Assembly (NCBI GenBank): GCA_016188075.1 | Contig: JACPIO010000025.1 | Coordinates: forward strand, 3,579 to 67,578 | Reading direction: 5' to 3' | From: Candidatus Wolfebacteria bacterium | GTDB taxonomy: Bacteria > Patescibacteriota > Minisyncoccia > UBA6257 > UBA9933 | DNA: 64,000 nt | Part shown: piece by piece, positions 54,119 through 62,280 of the stretch | Position numbering within the stretch: the stretch's first letter is position 1 | Layout of the letters: each line of letters starts with the position of its first letter | Notes under the pieces: generated by a model | The model's input: only the letters and a program-made list of their open reading frames with translations | The model's database searches: none | Told to the model about the DNA's origin: nothing | Program-made: the position numbers and the translations under genes

Positions 54119-54295
54119 TGAAGAAGCGGCTTTTTGTCGCGATCAATCTGCCTCAAGATACGAAAGAAGAAATTGAAAAGATTCTTCCAATATATCGAGG
54201 TTCAACCTCGATAGGTTCAACCTCGATATATTGCAACCTCGATATATTGCAGTATCAAGTCATCGCAAGCTCGACATTTGGCAATAAATAAAATA
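54119..54295 (+). pseudogene. possible 5' remnant of a 2'-5' RNA ligase (ThpR/LigT-like) gene, disrupted by tandem repeats
   Basis: MKKRLFVAINLPQDTKEEIEKILP then three tandem caacctcgatat-type units (54192-54252) and a stop. Confidence 0.3.
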
Positions 54296-54323
54296 TATTA
54301 AGCAGATATTCTTCGTCATTGCA

Positions 54324-55559
54324 ATGGAAAAATTTACCAAGAAAAAAATTATCCTGATTGGATTTTCGATCGTCTTAGTTGTCGGGTTCGTCGTCGGTTC
54401 TTTTTATTTCGGCTACGAAACCGGCAGAAAAAAACCTTATCGGATTGAGGTTCAGGGAGTGTCTAATTTGGAAAAAGGAAAAGCCCAGGATGTGGATTTC
54501 GGACTTTTTTGGGAAGTCTGGAAAAGATTGAAAGAAAAATACGTTGACCCTGCGAAGACCGGCAGTAATCAGGATTTGGTTTATGGCGCCATCTCCGGGC
54601 TTTTGGGATCGCTTAAGGATCCCAATACGGTTTTTTTCCCGCCGTCGGACGCGAAAAAATTCGGCGAAGATATCAGCGGCCAGTTTTCCGGTATTGGCGC
54701 CGAGATAGGAATGCGGAACGACCAGCTGGTTATTATCGCGCCCCTTAAAGACACGCCAGCCGAACGGGCCGGCCTGCGCTCCGGCGACAAAATTTTGAAA
54801 ATCGACGAAACTCAGACCGGGGGCATAACCGTTGACGAAGCGGTAAAATTGATAAGAGGCAAGGAAAGCACGGTTGTCGCTTTGACGATTTTGCGCAACG
54901 GCTGGGATAAGTCCAAAGAAATAAAAATAACCAGAGGAGTGATTCAGGTGCCGACTCTGGATTTTGAAATGAAAACCGACGGCATTGCCTATATCCATTT
55001 ATATAATTTCTACGAAAAATCCGTTCCGCTTTTTTACGAGGCTGTTTTTAAGATGGCCAAAGAGAATCCGCGGGGCTTGATTCTTGATTTGCGCGATAAT
55101 CCCGGCGGCTATCTTCAGGCGGCGGTTGATTTGGCCGGCTGGTTTTTGGAATCCGGAGAGGTGGTCGTGAAAGAAGAATTCCGTTCTGATCCGGAACAAG
55201 TTTTTAAGGCCCAACGTTCCGGAATTTTCAAAAATCTGCCGATGGTTATTTTGGTCAATCAAGGGTCGGCTTCGGCTTCGGAAATTTTAGCCGGCGCCCT
55301 TCACGACAATCGCGCCATAAAACTTATCGGTAAAAAAACTTTCGGCAAAGGGACGGTGCAGGAACTCGAAGAGCTGCCGGATAATTCTTTGCTTAAAATA
55401 ACCATTGCTCACTGGCGGCTTCCCGGCGGCCAGCTTATCGAAAAAAATGGCATTGCGCCGGATTATGAAGTTGATTTGAGTGACGAAGATGTAAAGAATA
55501 AAAAGGATCCGCAATTGGAGAAAGCGATGGAAATTTTGAAATCAGAGATTTCAAAATAA
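54324..55559 (+). CDS. ctpA: C-terminal processing (S41) peptidase with PDZ domain
   Basis: PDZ GLRSGDKILKID; S41 motifs LILDLRDNPGG and GSASASEILAGAL. Confidence 0.85.
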   Translation: MEKFTKKKIILIGFSIVLVVGFVVGSFYFGYETGRKKPYRIEVQGVSNLEKGKAQDVDFGLFWEVWKRLKEKYVDPAKTGSNQDLVYGAISGLLGSLKDPNTVFFPPSDAKKFGEDISGQFSGIGAEIGMRNDQLVIIAPLKDTPAERAGLRSGDKILKIDETQTGGITVDEAVKLIRGKESTVVALTILRNGWDKSKEIKITRGVIQVPTLDFEMKTDGIAYIHLYNFYEKSVPLFYEAVFKMAKENPRGLILDLRDNPGGYLQAAVDLAGWFLESGEVVVKEEFRSDPEQVFKAQRSGIFKNLPMVILVNQGSASASEILAGALHDNRAIKLIGKKTFGKGTVQELEELPDNSLLKITIAHWRLPGGQLIEKNGIAPDYEVDLSDEDVKNKKDPQLEKAMEILKSEISK

Positions 55560-55564
55560 ATCTT

Positions 55565-56011
55565 ATGAGGTTGATTCTCCGCGAAGACATAAAAGGGTTG
55601 GGTAGAAAATTTGACGTCAAAGAAGTGAAAGACGGTTACGCCAGGAATTTTTTGATCCCGCGAGGCTTGGTCGAGTTTGCCACTGATTCCAAAATTGAGG
55701 CAATGCGAGCTAAGATATTGGAACAGGAGAAAGAAGAAGAAAAATTAAAAGAAAAGCTTGGCGAGTGGGTCAAGGCGCTCGCGGCTCAAGAACTGGAGTT
55801 TTATGTTAAAACCGGCAGAAAGGGAGAAATTTTTGGTTCGGTAACAAAAGAAGATATCGAGGCACGAATTCGCGCGGATTTCGACTCCGAGAATTTAAAA
55901 ATTCATTTGGAGAAGCCGATTAAAACCATCGGCGATCACGTTGTTCAAATCGAGCTGGGCAAGGGAATTAAAACAAAAATTACAATCCGTCTTTCCGAAG
56001 AAAAATCTTGA
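55565..56011 (+). CDS. rplI: 50S ribosomal protein L9
   Basis: MRLILREDIKGLGRKFDVKEVKDGYARNFLIP. Confidence 0.9.
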   Translation: MRLILREDIKGLGRKFDVKEVKDGYARNFLIPRGLVEFATDSKIEAMRAKILEQEKEEEKLKEKLGEWVKALAAQELEFYVKTGRKGEIFGSVTKEDIEARIRADFDSENLKIHLEKPIKTIGDHVVQIELGKGIKTKITIRLSEEKS

Positions 56012-56018
56012 GGTTTTT

Positions 56019-56291
56019 TTAGAGGACGGAAATAGAAGTGGCGTGACGGTGGTTGCCGTCGAATCGAATCTTTTTCTTGCTGGAAAATTTTACCACTCCT
56101 TGTTTTAAGGCGTAGAGAGTGTCGTCTCGGCCGCGCCCCACGTTTAATCCTTGAAGATATTTTGTTCCTCTTTGGCGGATTAAAACCTCGCCGGCCAAAA
56201 CTTTTTGTCCTTCCTGTCTTTTTACTCCCAGTCGTTTTGAAGCCGACTCTCTGCCTAATTTAGTTGAACCACCGGATTTAGTATGGGCCAT
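56019..56291 (-). CDS. rpmA: 50S ribosomal protein L27
   Basis: [24 protein letters not shown]. Confidence 0.9.
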   Translation of the reverse strand: MAHTKSGGSTKLGRESASKRLGVKRQEGQKVLAGEVLIRQRGTKYLQGLNVGRGRDDTLYALKQGVVKFSSKKKIRFDGNHRHATSISVL

Positions 56292-56352
56292 GCCAATTAT
56301 ATCTAAATTTTCGAGCCATCGGGCGAAGAAAATTTAGTATTAGAATTGAGCA

Positions 56353-56380
56353 CCGAGCACATAATGCGTTATGTGCTCGG
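56353..56380. repeat. palindrome ccgagcacataatgc-gttatgtgctcgg (copy of the element inside rnpB)
   Basis: near-identical to 26817-26844; followed by a T-run. Confidence 0.6.
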
Positions 56381-56429
56381 TAGTTTTTCGCTATTTATTT
56401 TATTACTATATTAATGTAAGCTTAAAACT

Positions 56430-57143
56430 ATGTCAACTCCAAAGTTAATTTTCGACATTGAAACAATCGGCGCGGATTTTGATTCTTTGGATAAAACAAC
56501 CCAAGACGTTTTAACGAGGTGGATTAAAAAGGAATCGGAAGACGGGGCGGATTACGAAGAGTCGCTAAAAAATTTAAAGGAAGGTTTGGGATTTTCTCCT
56601 TTAACCGGGGAAATTATTGTTATCGGCACTTTGGATTATGAAAAGAATCAGGGCGGAATTTATTTCCAGGCGCCCGGAAAAGAAATCGAAGATTTTACCG
56701 AGGATGGGATCAAATTTAAACAGATGACGGAAAAAGAAATGCTCTCGCGGTTTTGGCAGATAGCTAATCAATACGGCGAGTTTGTTTCTTTTAACGGCAG
56801 GGGTTTTGATGGGCCGTTTTTGATGATCCGATCAGCGGTGCACGGCATTGCGCCCACGAAAAATTTATCGGAATCAAGATATTTGTATCAGCAAAGGACT
56901 TGCGTTCATATTGATTTGATTGACCAGCTTACGTTTTACGGCAATATGCGAAAAAAGGGAGGATTGCATCTTTGGTCTAATTTATTCGGAATCGAGAGTC
57001 CGAAAGCCGAAGGCGTGAGCGGGGATGATGTCTCTCAACTATTCAAATCCGGAAAATTTTTGGAAATCGCGAAGTATAACGCGAGAGATCTCAAAGCCAC
57101 GAAGGAATTGTATGAAAAATGGAAAACCTATTTAAATTTCTAA
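56430..57143 (+). CDS. RNase-H-fold 3'-5' exonuclease (PolB-exonuclease-domain-like)
   Basis: LIFDIETIG ... FNGRGFDGPFL ... YNARDLKATKELY. Confidence 0.6.
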   Translation: MSTPKLIFDIETIGADFDSLDKTTQDVLTRWIKKESEDGADYEESLKNLKEGLGFSPLTGEIIVIGTLDYEKNQGGIYFQAPGKEIEDFTEDGIKFKQMTEKEMLSRFWQIANQYGEFVSFNGRGFDGPFLMIRSAVHGIAPTKNLSESRYLYQQRTCVHIDLIDQLTFYGNMRKKGGLHLWSNLFGIESPKAEGVSGDDVSQLFKSGKFLEIAKYNARDLKATKELYEKWKTYLNF

Positions 57144-57498
57144 TTTCTAATTAACCTAATTGACCTAAAAAATGACCAATTTGCAAAATCCCAAGAAATA
57201 CGATTTAGAAGAAAGAACTGCTAAATTTTATGGAGAATATTAAAGCTTGGCTATCAGAACATCGCAGGGACATCATTCTCTTTCTTTTGGTATTTTTAAT
57301 TAGTTCTTTAAGTTTCGGCTTGGGTTATTTGGTTAACCGCGAATTTAACCACGCCCCGATTGTGATAACCCAATGCGAATCTACGAATTGATGCGAATCC
57401 CTTGTGTTTCTTATAACGATTTGTTATTTTGAAATCAGCGAGGAAATGCGCTCGCGGCGTTTTTCCCTTGACTTGGGAATAAGGAGAAAGGAGGCAGT

Positions 57499-57867
57499 AT
57501 GTCGGTTCCGATCGCGACCCGACGGAAGTGGTCGAAGCAAATTAGAAAGGTGTTCCCGGGGTATGTGCCTCAATGGAATGATGGACGTTTCCTCTCGGTA
57601 ACGGCTTCATTGAGTCCGGAGGGGCTCGAAGAAAGGAGCGGATTGATGGGACGTGTTCGGGGCGACGAGTGGCGGGATGACGTGCCGTCGAAGAATTTCC
57701 GCGGGAAGCCGGTGAAGGCTCAATCGGCTCCCAAGGCGAAGACGGAATCAACCCCGCCACGGCAGGCCGAAGAACAGGCCGTCGCGGAGGTCGCGGAGGT
57801 TCTGGTCTCCGAGATCAGCCGCGGCGATCCGCGGCTACGTCCCCTCGCCAGTCTTCTCAAGCGTTGA
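57499..57867 (+). CDS. hypothetical basic protein on a GC-rich island
   Basis: strong RBS aggagaaaggagg 6 nt upstream; about 60% GC versus 45-50% locally; no recognisable domain. Confidence 0.4.
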   Translation: MSVPIATRRKWSKQIRKVFPGYVPQWNDGRFLSVTASLSPEGLEERSGLMGRVRGDEWRDDVPSKNFRGKPVKAQSAPKAKTESTPPRQAEEQAVAEVAEVLVSEISRGDPRLRPLASLLKR

Positions 57868-58065
57868 GTCGCATCCCGGGCGCCAAGGAGGTGATAAACC
57901 GCGCGCCCGCATTTTACCGGCCCTCGGCAAGAAGTCTTTGTCGAGGGTCGCTTCATTAACAAGAGATTTATTTTAAAACTTATCCACTTTTGGTTTTTGA
58001 CAAAGTAAATATATTCCTTTTTAATTAATGATAATAAAAAGTCGAGTAATTTTTTTAAAAAACCT

Positions 58066-58887
58066 ATGATTAAATATTTATTTTATTTTTTCGTTTTTCT
58101 TCTGGTCGCTTCCGGGGTAAAGGCGCAGGTGTCGCCAACTCCGAGGCAGGATGTTCGTAAAGAAGTGCGGGATATTAGACAAGATACCCGCAAAGAGGCG
58201 CAAGATTTGAGGCAAAATACCAGACAAGAAGTAAAAGATGTTCGGCAAAATATGAGACAGGAAACGGGTCAGATGAAACGAGAGGCTGTAGAGGCAGTGA
58301 GGGTTAAGAGGCAGGAAACCCAGCAGCTTATCCAGGTAAAAAGAGAAGAGTTTCGTAAAAAGGTAGATGAGAAAAAAGTAGAGCTGCGTCAAAAGGTGGA
58401 AGTAAAGAGGCAGGAGTTGAAAGATCGTCTGGTTAAAATTAAGGATGAAAAAAAGAAGCAAGCTGTCTTAAGAATCGATCAGGGACTAGACGCCTTAAAC
58501 GAGAAACAGCTTAATCACTTTTCTCAAGTTTTAGAAAAGCTTGAGACCGTGCTTACCAATATCAGTTCTCGAGCGGATAAGGCCGAGGCGAACGGGATTA
58601 ATGTGGCGCCGGTTCGACTCGCGCTCGAACAAGCTCGCAATCAAATTTCGCTTAGCCGTTCCGCCATCGAGGCGCAAAGCGGTAAAACTTACGCTATGGC
58701 CGTGACCACCGAGGAAAATTTAAAAACAGACGTTAAAAGAGCGCGCCAGGCCCTTCACGATGATCTGAATAAAGTGAAAGTTGCCGTAAAAACGGCTCAT
58801 GAGGCAGTAAGAAAGGCGGCTGTCACCTTGGCTCAAATTCCCCGGGTCGATACTCTGGAAGTGGAAGAGTCTAGTCCAAATCAATAA
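58066..58887 (+). CDS. secreted repetitive coiled-coil protein
   Basis: signal peptide; degenerate repeats (D/E)VR(K/Q)(E/N)xRQE. Confidence 0.5.
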   Translation: MIKYLFYFFVFLLVASGVKAQVSPTPRQDVRKEVRDIRQDTRKEAQDLRQNTRQEVKDVRQNMRQETGQMKREAVEAVRVKRQETQQLIQVKREEFRKKVDEKKVELRQKVEVKRQELKDRLVKIKDEKKKQAVLRIDQGLDALNEKQLNHFSQVLEKLETVLTNISSRADKAEANGINVAPVRLALEQARNQISLSRSAIEAQSGKTYAMAVTTEENLKTDVKRARQALHDDLNKVKVAVKTAHEAVRKAAVTLAQIPRVDTLEVEESSPNQ

Positions 58888-58905
58888 ACAGATTATTGAA
58901 AAAAC

Positions 58906-59163
58906 ATGAATAAAGTTATAATTATCATTATCGCGCTGGTTTTGCTCTTGGGCGCTGGAGTTTGGTTTTGGCGGTCACAGGCGCCTTCGTCTGCTCCATT
59001 GGGGACTTCTACCCCTGCCGGAACTTCGGGAGAGGAATCAAGAGCGTTAGCTCCATTGCCCGAAGATACGACCGCTAACATCCAAAAAGATTTGGACGAT
59101 GTTCGTCTTTTGGATGTTGATCAAGAGTTTAAAGATATCGATAAAGATTTAGAAAGCCTTTAG
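58906..59163 (+). CDS. small membrane-anchored protein
   Basis: 85 aa; N-terminal TM. Confidence 0.4.
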   Translation: MNKVIIIIIALVLLLGAGVWFWRSQAPSSAPLGTSTPAGTSGEESRALAPLPEDTTANIQKDLDDVRLLDVDQEFKDIDKDLESL

Positions 59164-59172
59164 GGTTTAACC

Positions 59173-59910
59173 GTGGGAAGTATGGAAGGTGAAGAGATGG
59201 TCGCTGCCAAAAAAGATTATCTTTTGCCGGCCAGTATTGTGGTGGCCGCCCTTTTAGTTGCCGGCGCCTGGGTTTATACCGCCGGATTAAAAAATGTAAA
59301 TCCGAACGGCGCCGTAAATCAACCCATTGCCCAGCCGACGCCCGAAAATGATTCCGGAATAAACATTTTGCCAATATCCGCGAATGATCACCTTCTGGGT
59401 AATCCGAACGCGCCGGTTAAAATTGTCGAATTTTCCGATTTGGAATGCCCGTTTTGCAAAAGTTTTCATCCAACTATGAAGCAAATCTTGGCCGATTACG
59501 GCGGCAAAGTGGCTTGGGTTTACCGGCATTTCCCTTTGGACCAGCTTCATCCGAAAGCGAGAAAAGAAGCTGAAGCGTCCGAATGCGCCAATGAGCTTGG
59601 CGGCAATGAAAAATTCTGGGCTTATATTGACCGGGTATTTGAAGTGACGCCGTCCAATAATGGTCTTGATCTGGCCCAGTTGCCGAAAATCGCCGAAGAC
59701 ATCGGCTTAAATAAAGTTCAGTTTCAAGCTTGTTTAGAAAGCGGAAAGTATAAAAACGCGGTCCAGGCAAACGTGGATGACGCGGTGTCCGCTGGCGGCC
59801 GCGGCACTCCGTATAGTGTGGTTCTTACTCCGAACAACAAAAAAATTCCGTTAAACGGCGCTCTGCCTTTGGCTCAAGTGAGATTAATAATTGATGAGGC
59901 GTTGCGATAA
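59173..59910 (+). CDS. DsbA-family thiol:disulfide oxidoreductase (membrane-anchored)
   Basis: CPFC active site; thioredoxin fold; N-terminal TM. Confidence 0.75.
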   Translation: MGSMEGEEMVAAKKDYLLPASIVVAALLVAGAWVYTAGLKNVNPNGAVNQPIAQPTPENDSGINILPISANDHLLGNPNAPVKIVEFSDLECPFCKSFHPTMKQILADYGGKVAWVYRHFPLDQLHPKARKEAEASECANELGGNEKFWAYIDRVFEVTPSNNGLDLAQLPKIAEDIGLNKVQFQACLESGKYKNAVQANVDDAVSAGGRGTPYSVVLTPNNKKIPLNGALPLAQVRLIIDEALR

Positions 59911-59970
59911 TTCGTAATTAGTAACTGGTAATTAGTAATTGGAATTAGTTTTTCTAATTATAATTTTTTT
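59908..59970. repeat. 8-bp periodic AT-rich array (taattcgtaattagtaactggtaattagtaattggaattag...)
   Basis: same family as 12631-12660. Confidence 0.5.
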
Positions 59971-60988
59971 GGTTTTGGCGGCCGGTCTAACCGGAATTTT
60001 TTGGTTAATCAAAAAGAGATTAGGCGAATCCAAAGGAGATGACCAATCTTTTGTACTGCTTCAGAATCAAATGAATGAAATCACGCGGACGCTGGATTTA
60101 AAACTCGGGGAGTCAACGCGGTTTTTAGAACGGCAGTTCGGCGAGAGCGCGAGGATTATCAAGGAAATCACGCAAGAATTGACCAAAGTCGGCGAAGGTC
60201 AAAAACAAGTGGTGGATGTGGCCCGACAGCTTGAAAATCTTCAGGATATTTTGAAAAATCCCAAACAAAGAGGCGTTTTGGGCGAGTATTATTTGAAAAC
60301 GGTTTTGGAAAATGTTCTGCCGCCCGGGACTTTTAAACTGCAGTATGAGTTTCAGAATGGCGAAGCGGTGGACGCGGCGATTTTCGTAAAAGATAAAATT
60401 ATTCCAATTGATTCCAAATTCAGTTTGGAAAATTACAATCGGATTCTTGAAGCCAAGGAAGAGGCCGAGCGGGCTCGTTACGAGTCCGCTTTTCGCGATG
60501 ATTTAAAAATCCGCATTGATGAAACTTCTAAATATATTCGGCCGTCAGAGGGCACGATGGAGTTCGCGTTTATGTTTATTCCGTCCGAGGCGGTGTATTA
60601 CGATTTATTGATAAATAAAATCGGCGCCGTGAAATCGAACACCCGAGATCTTATTCAATACGCCGCCGGCGAAAAAAAAGTGATGATAGTTTCGCCCACG
60701 ACTTTTCTGGCGTATCTCCAAACCGTGCTTCAGGGATTAAAAGCGCTTCAAATTGAAGAATCAGCCAAAGAAATCAGAAAAAGAGTTGATGAGTTGGGAC
60801 GGCATATCGGGAGCTACGAAAATTATATGAAGAAATTGGGAACGCATTTGGGCACCACGGTTAATATGTACAACTCGGCCTATAAAGAACTGGCGAAAAT
60901 TGATAAGGATGTTTTGAAAATCAGCGGCCGGGCTGCCGAGATTGAGCCAATGACTTTGGAGCGGCCGCAAGAGGAAATAGAGGAATAA
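59939..60988 (+). CDS. rmuC: DNA recombination protein RmuC-like
   Basis: N-terminal TM, long coiled coil, C-terminal RmuC-like nuclease region; TTG start. Confidence 0.55.
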   Translation: MELVFLIIIFLVLAAGLTGIFWLIKKRLGESKGDDQSFVLLQNQMNEITRTLDLKLGESTRFLERQFGESARIIKEITQELTKVGEGQKQVVDVARQLENLQDILKNPKQRGVLGEYYLKTVLENVLPPGTFKLQYEFQNGEAVDAAIFVKDKIIPIDSKFSLENYNRILEAKEEAERARYESAFRDDLKIRIDETSKYIRPSEGTMEFAFMFIPSEAVYYDLLINKIGAVKSNTRDLIQYAAGEKKVMIVSPTTFLAYLQTVLQGLKALQIEESAKEIRKRVDELGRHIGSYENYMKKLGTHLGTTVNMYNSAYKELAKIDKDVLKISGRAAEIEPMTLERPQEEIEE

Positions 60989-61011
60989 GAGGGGTTGACA
61001 GGTTTCTTTTT

Positions 61012-61042
61012 CCGTGCTAATAAATAAGCACGGCTGATTTTT
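61012..61042 (+). terminator. intrinsic terminator after rmuC
   Basis: ccgtgct-aataaat-aagcacgg followed by T-run. Confidence 0.6.
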
Positions 61043-61140
61043 AGCCGGGTGCACTTTGACTCTTCAGAGTCAACCCTGAGGAAGCTCGAATGGGTTGAAT
61101 TTTAGTCTCCGGATTACCGGAGATCAGGGGAGGGGGAAGC

Positions 61141-61335
61141 ATGGAGAAGTGGCTGGAGTGGATCTGGTTTTTCCTGGATCCGCTGGTCGCGACCGTGACG
61201 ATCTTTGGCCTTTTGATTGCGGTTATCCTTGGCTTCGGGTTTTTCCTTCTGCGGAAAAAGCCCGAAACCCTAAATCGGCTTCTCGGCATCGAGAAGCCAA
61301 AAGGAGGAGACGATGAGGTTTCTAGTGGCAGATGA
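61141..61335 (+). CDS. small membrane protein
   Basis: 64 aa; two TM helices; SD ggggaggggg upstream. Confidence 0.4.
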   Translation: MEKWLEWIWFFLDPLVATVTIFGLLIAVILGFGFFLLRKKPETLNRLLGIEKPKGGDDEVSSGR

Positions 61336-61669
61336 AGACGGAGGGATTCGCGAGACCGTCGAGGCGGGATTAAAGAAAATGGATCACGAGGCGGAAACAG
61401 TCAGTAATGGATTTCACGCCTCGACGCTGATCCAAAGCTTCGTTTTTAACATCGTTATCCTTGACACGAAACTGCTCGGCGTCAGCTGGTATGAGCTCGC
61501 CTACGATGCAAAGGATCTGAAAAATCCCCCCTCTGTGATTGTAATGGAGAGAGAGGGAGAGATACCGATTCACTGGCGGCAATTTGTTGATGGTTTTCTT
61601 CCTAAACCATTCGGCGTTCCCGAACTGGCGGCAGCGATCGCAGCGGTAACGAAGAACGCCGTCGCCTAA
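61313..61669 (+). CDS. stand-alone receiver (REC) domain protein
   Basis: LVADED acidic pair, ILDTKL phospho-acceptor Asp, KP motif; terminator hairpin cccccacacc...ggtgtggggg follows. Confidence 0.55.
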   Translation: MRFLVADEDGGIRETVEAGLKKMDHEAETVSNGFHASTLIQSFVFNIVILDTKLLGVSWYELAYDAKDLKNPPSVIVMEREGEIPIHWRQFVDGFLPKPFGVPELAAAIAAVTKNAVA

Positions 61670-61794
61670 CCCTCCTTTTTTGCCCCCACACCAAACGAGA
61701 AGACACGCTTTCTCGTTATGGTGTGGGGGCTTGACAAATTTTTCAAGCTTCGTATAGAATAGGCTGTCGATAAAGAAAGGTCAAAGTTAAAGTA

Positions 61795-61880
61795 TCGATG
61801 CGAATATACGAATTATACTAATGATACGAATTTTATTCGTATAATTCGTACATTTGTATATTGGTATCGATACGCGCGAA
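61795..61880. promoter_or_regulatory. palindromic TACGAA/TTCGTA array upstream of groES (candidate operator; no CIRCE present)
   Basis: perfect IR tacgaattatac (61807-61818) / gtataattcgta (61839-61850) plus flanking gtatcgat repeats. Confidence 0.45.
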
Positions 61881-61885
61881 GCGAT

Positions 61886-62176
61886 ATGAATTTTAAACCG
61901 CTTTCTAATCATATTTTTCTCGAGCCGGTGGAGGAGGAAAAAACCACTAAATCCGGCATTGTGCTTCCGGAGACCGCCGAGAAAGAAAAACCCATTAAGG
62001 GCAGGGTCATCGCGGTTGGTCCGGGAAAGTTGAACGAAAAAGGCGAACGCATGCAGATGTCCGTCAAGGTCGGCGATATGGTTTTATTCAAAAAATACGG
62101 ACCCGACGAAATCGAAATTGAAGCAAAGAAATATTTAGTCGGAGACGAAGAAGATATACTTGCGATAATCGAGTAA
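61886..62176 (+). CDS. groES: co-chaperonin GroES
   Basis: 96 aa; GIVLPE, mobile loop, KVGD. Confidence 0.9.
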   Translation: MNFKPLSNHIFLEPVEEEKTTKSGIVLPETAEKEKPIKGRVIAVGPGKLNEKGERMQMSVKVGDMVLFKKYGPDEIEIEAKKYLVGDEEDILAIIE

Positions 62177-62180
62177 TCGC

Positions 62181-62260
62181 TCATACGAAAATACGAAAAC
62201 ATACGAAATTTCGAAAAATAAATTTTAATTTCGTACATTCGTAAAATTTCGTACTTTCGT
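62181..62260. repeat. palindromic TACGAA array in the groES-groEL spacer
   Basis: tacgaaaatacgaaaacatacgaaatttcgaaaa ... tttcgtacattcgtaaaatttcgtactttcgtaag. Confidence 0.6.
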
Positions 62261-62280
62261 AAGAGTGAGCGACAGCGAAC

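Noticed and set aside
61795-61880. CIRCE/HrcA operator upstream of groES
   Set aside because: No TTAGCACTC-N9-GAGTGCTAA. Only the TACGAA-type palindrome is present.
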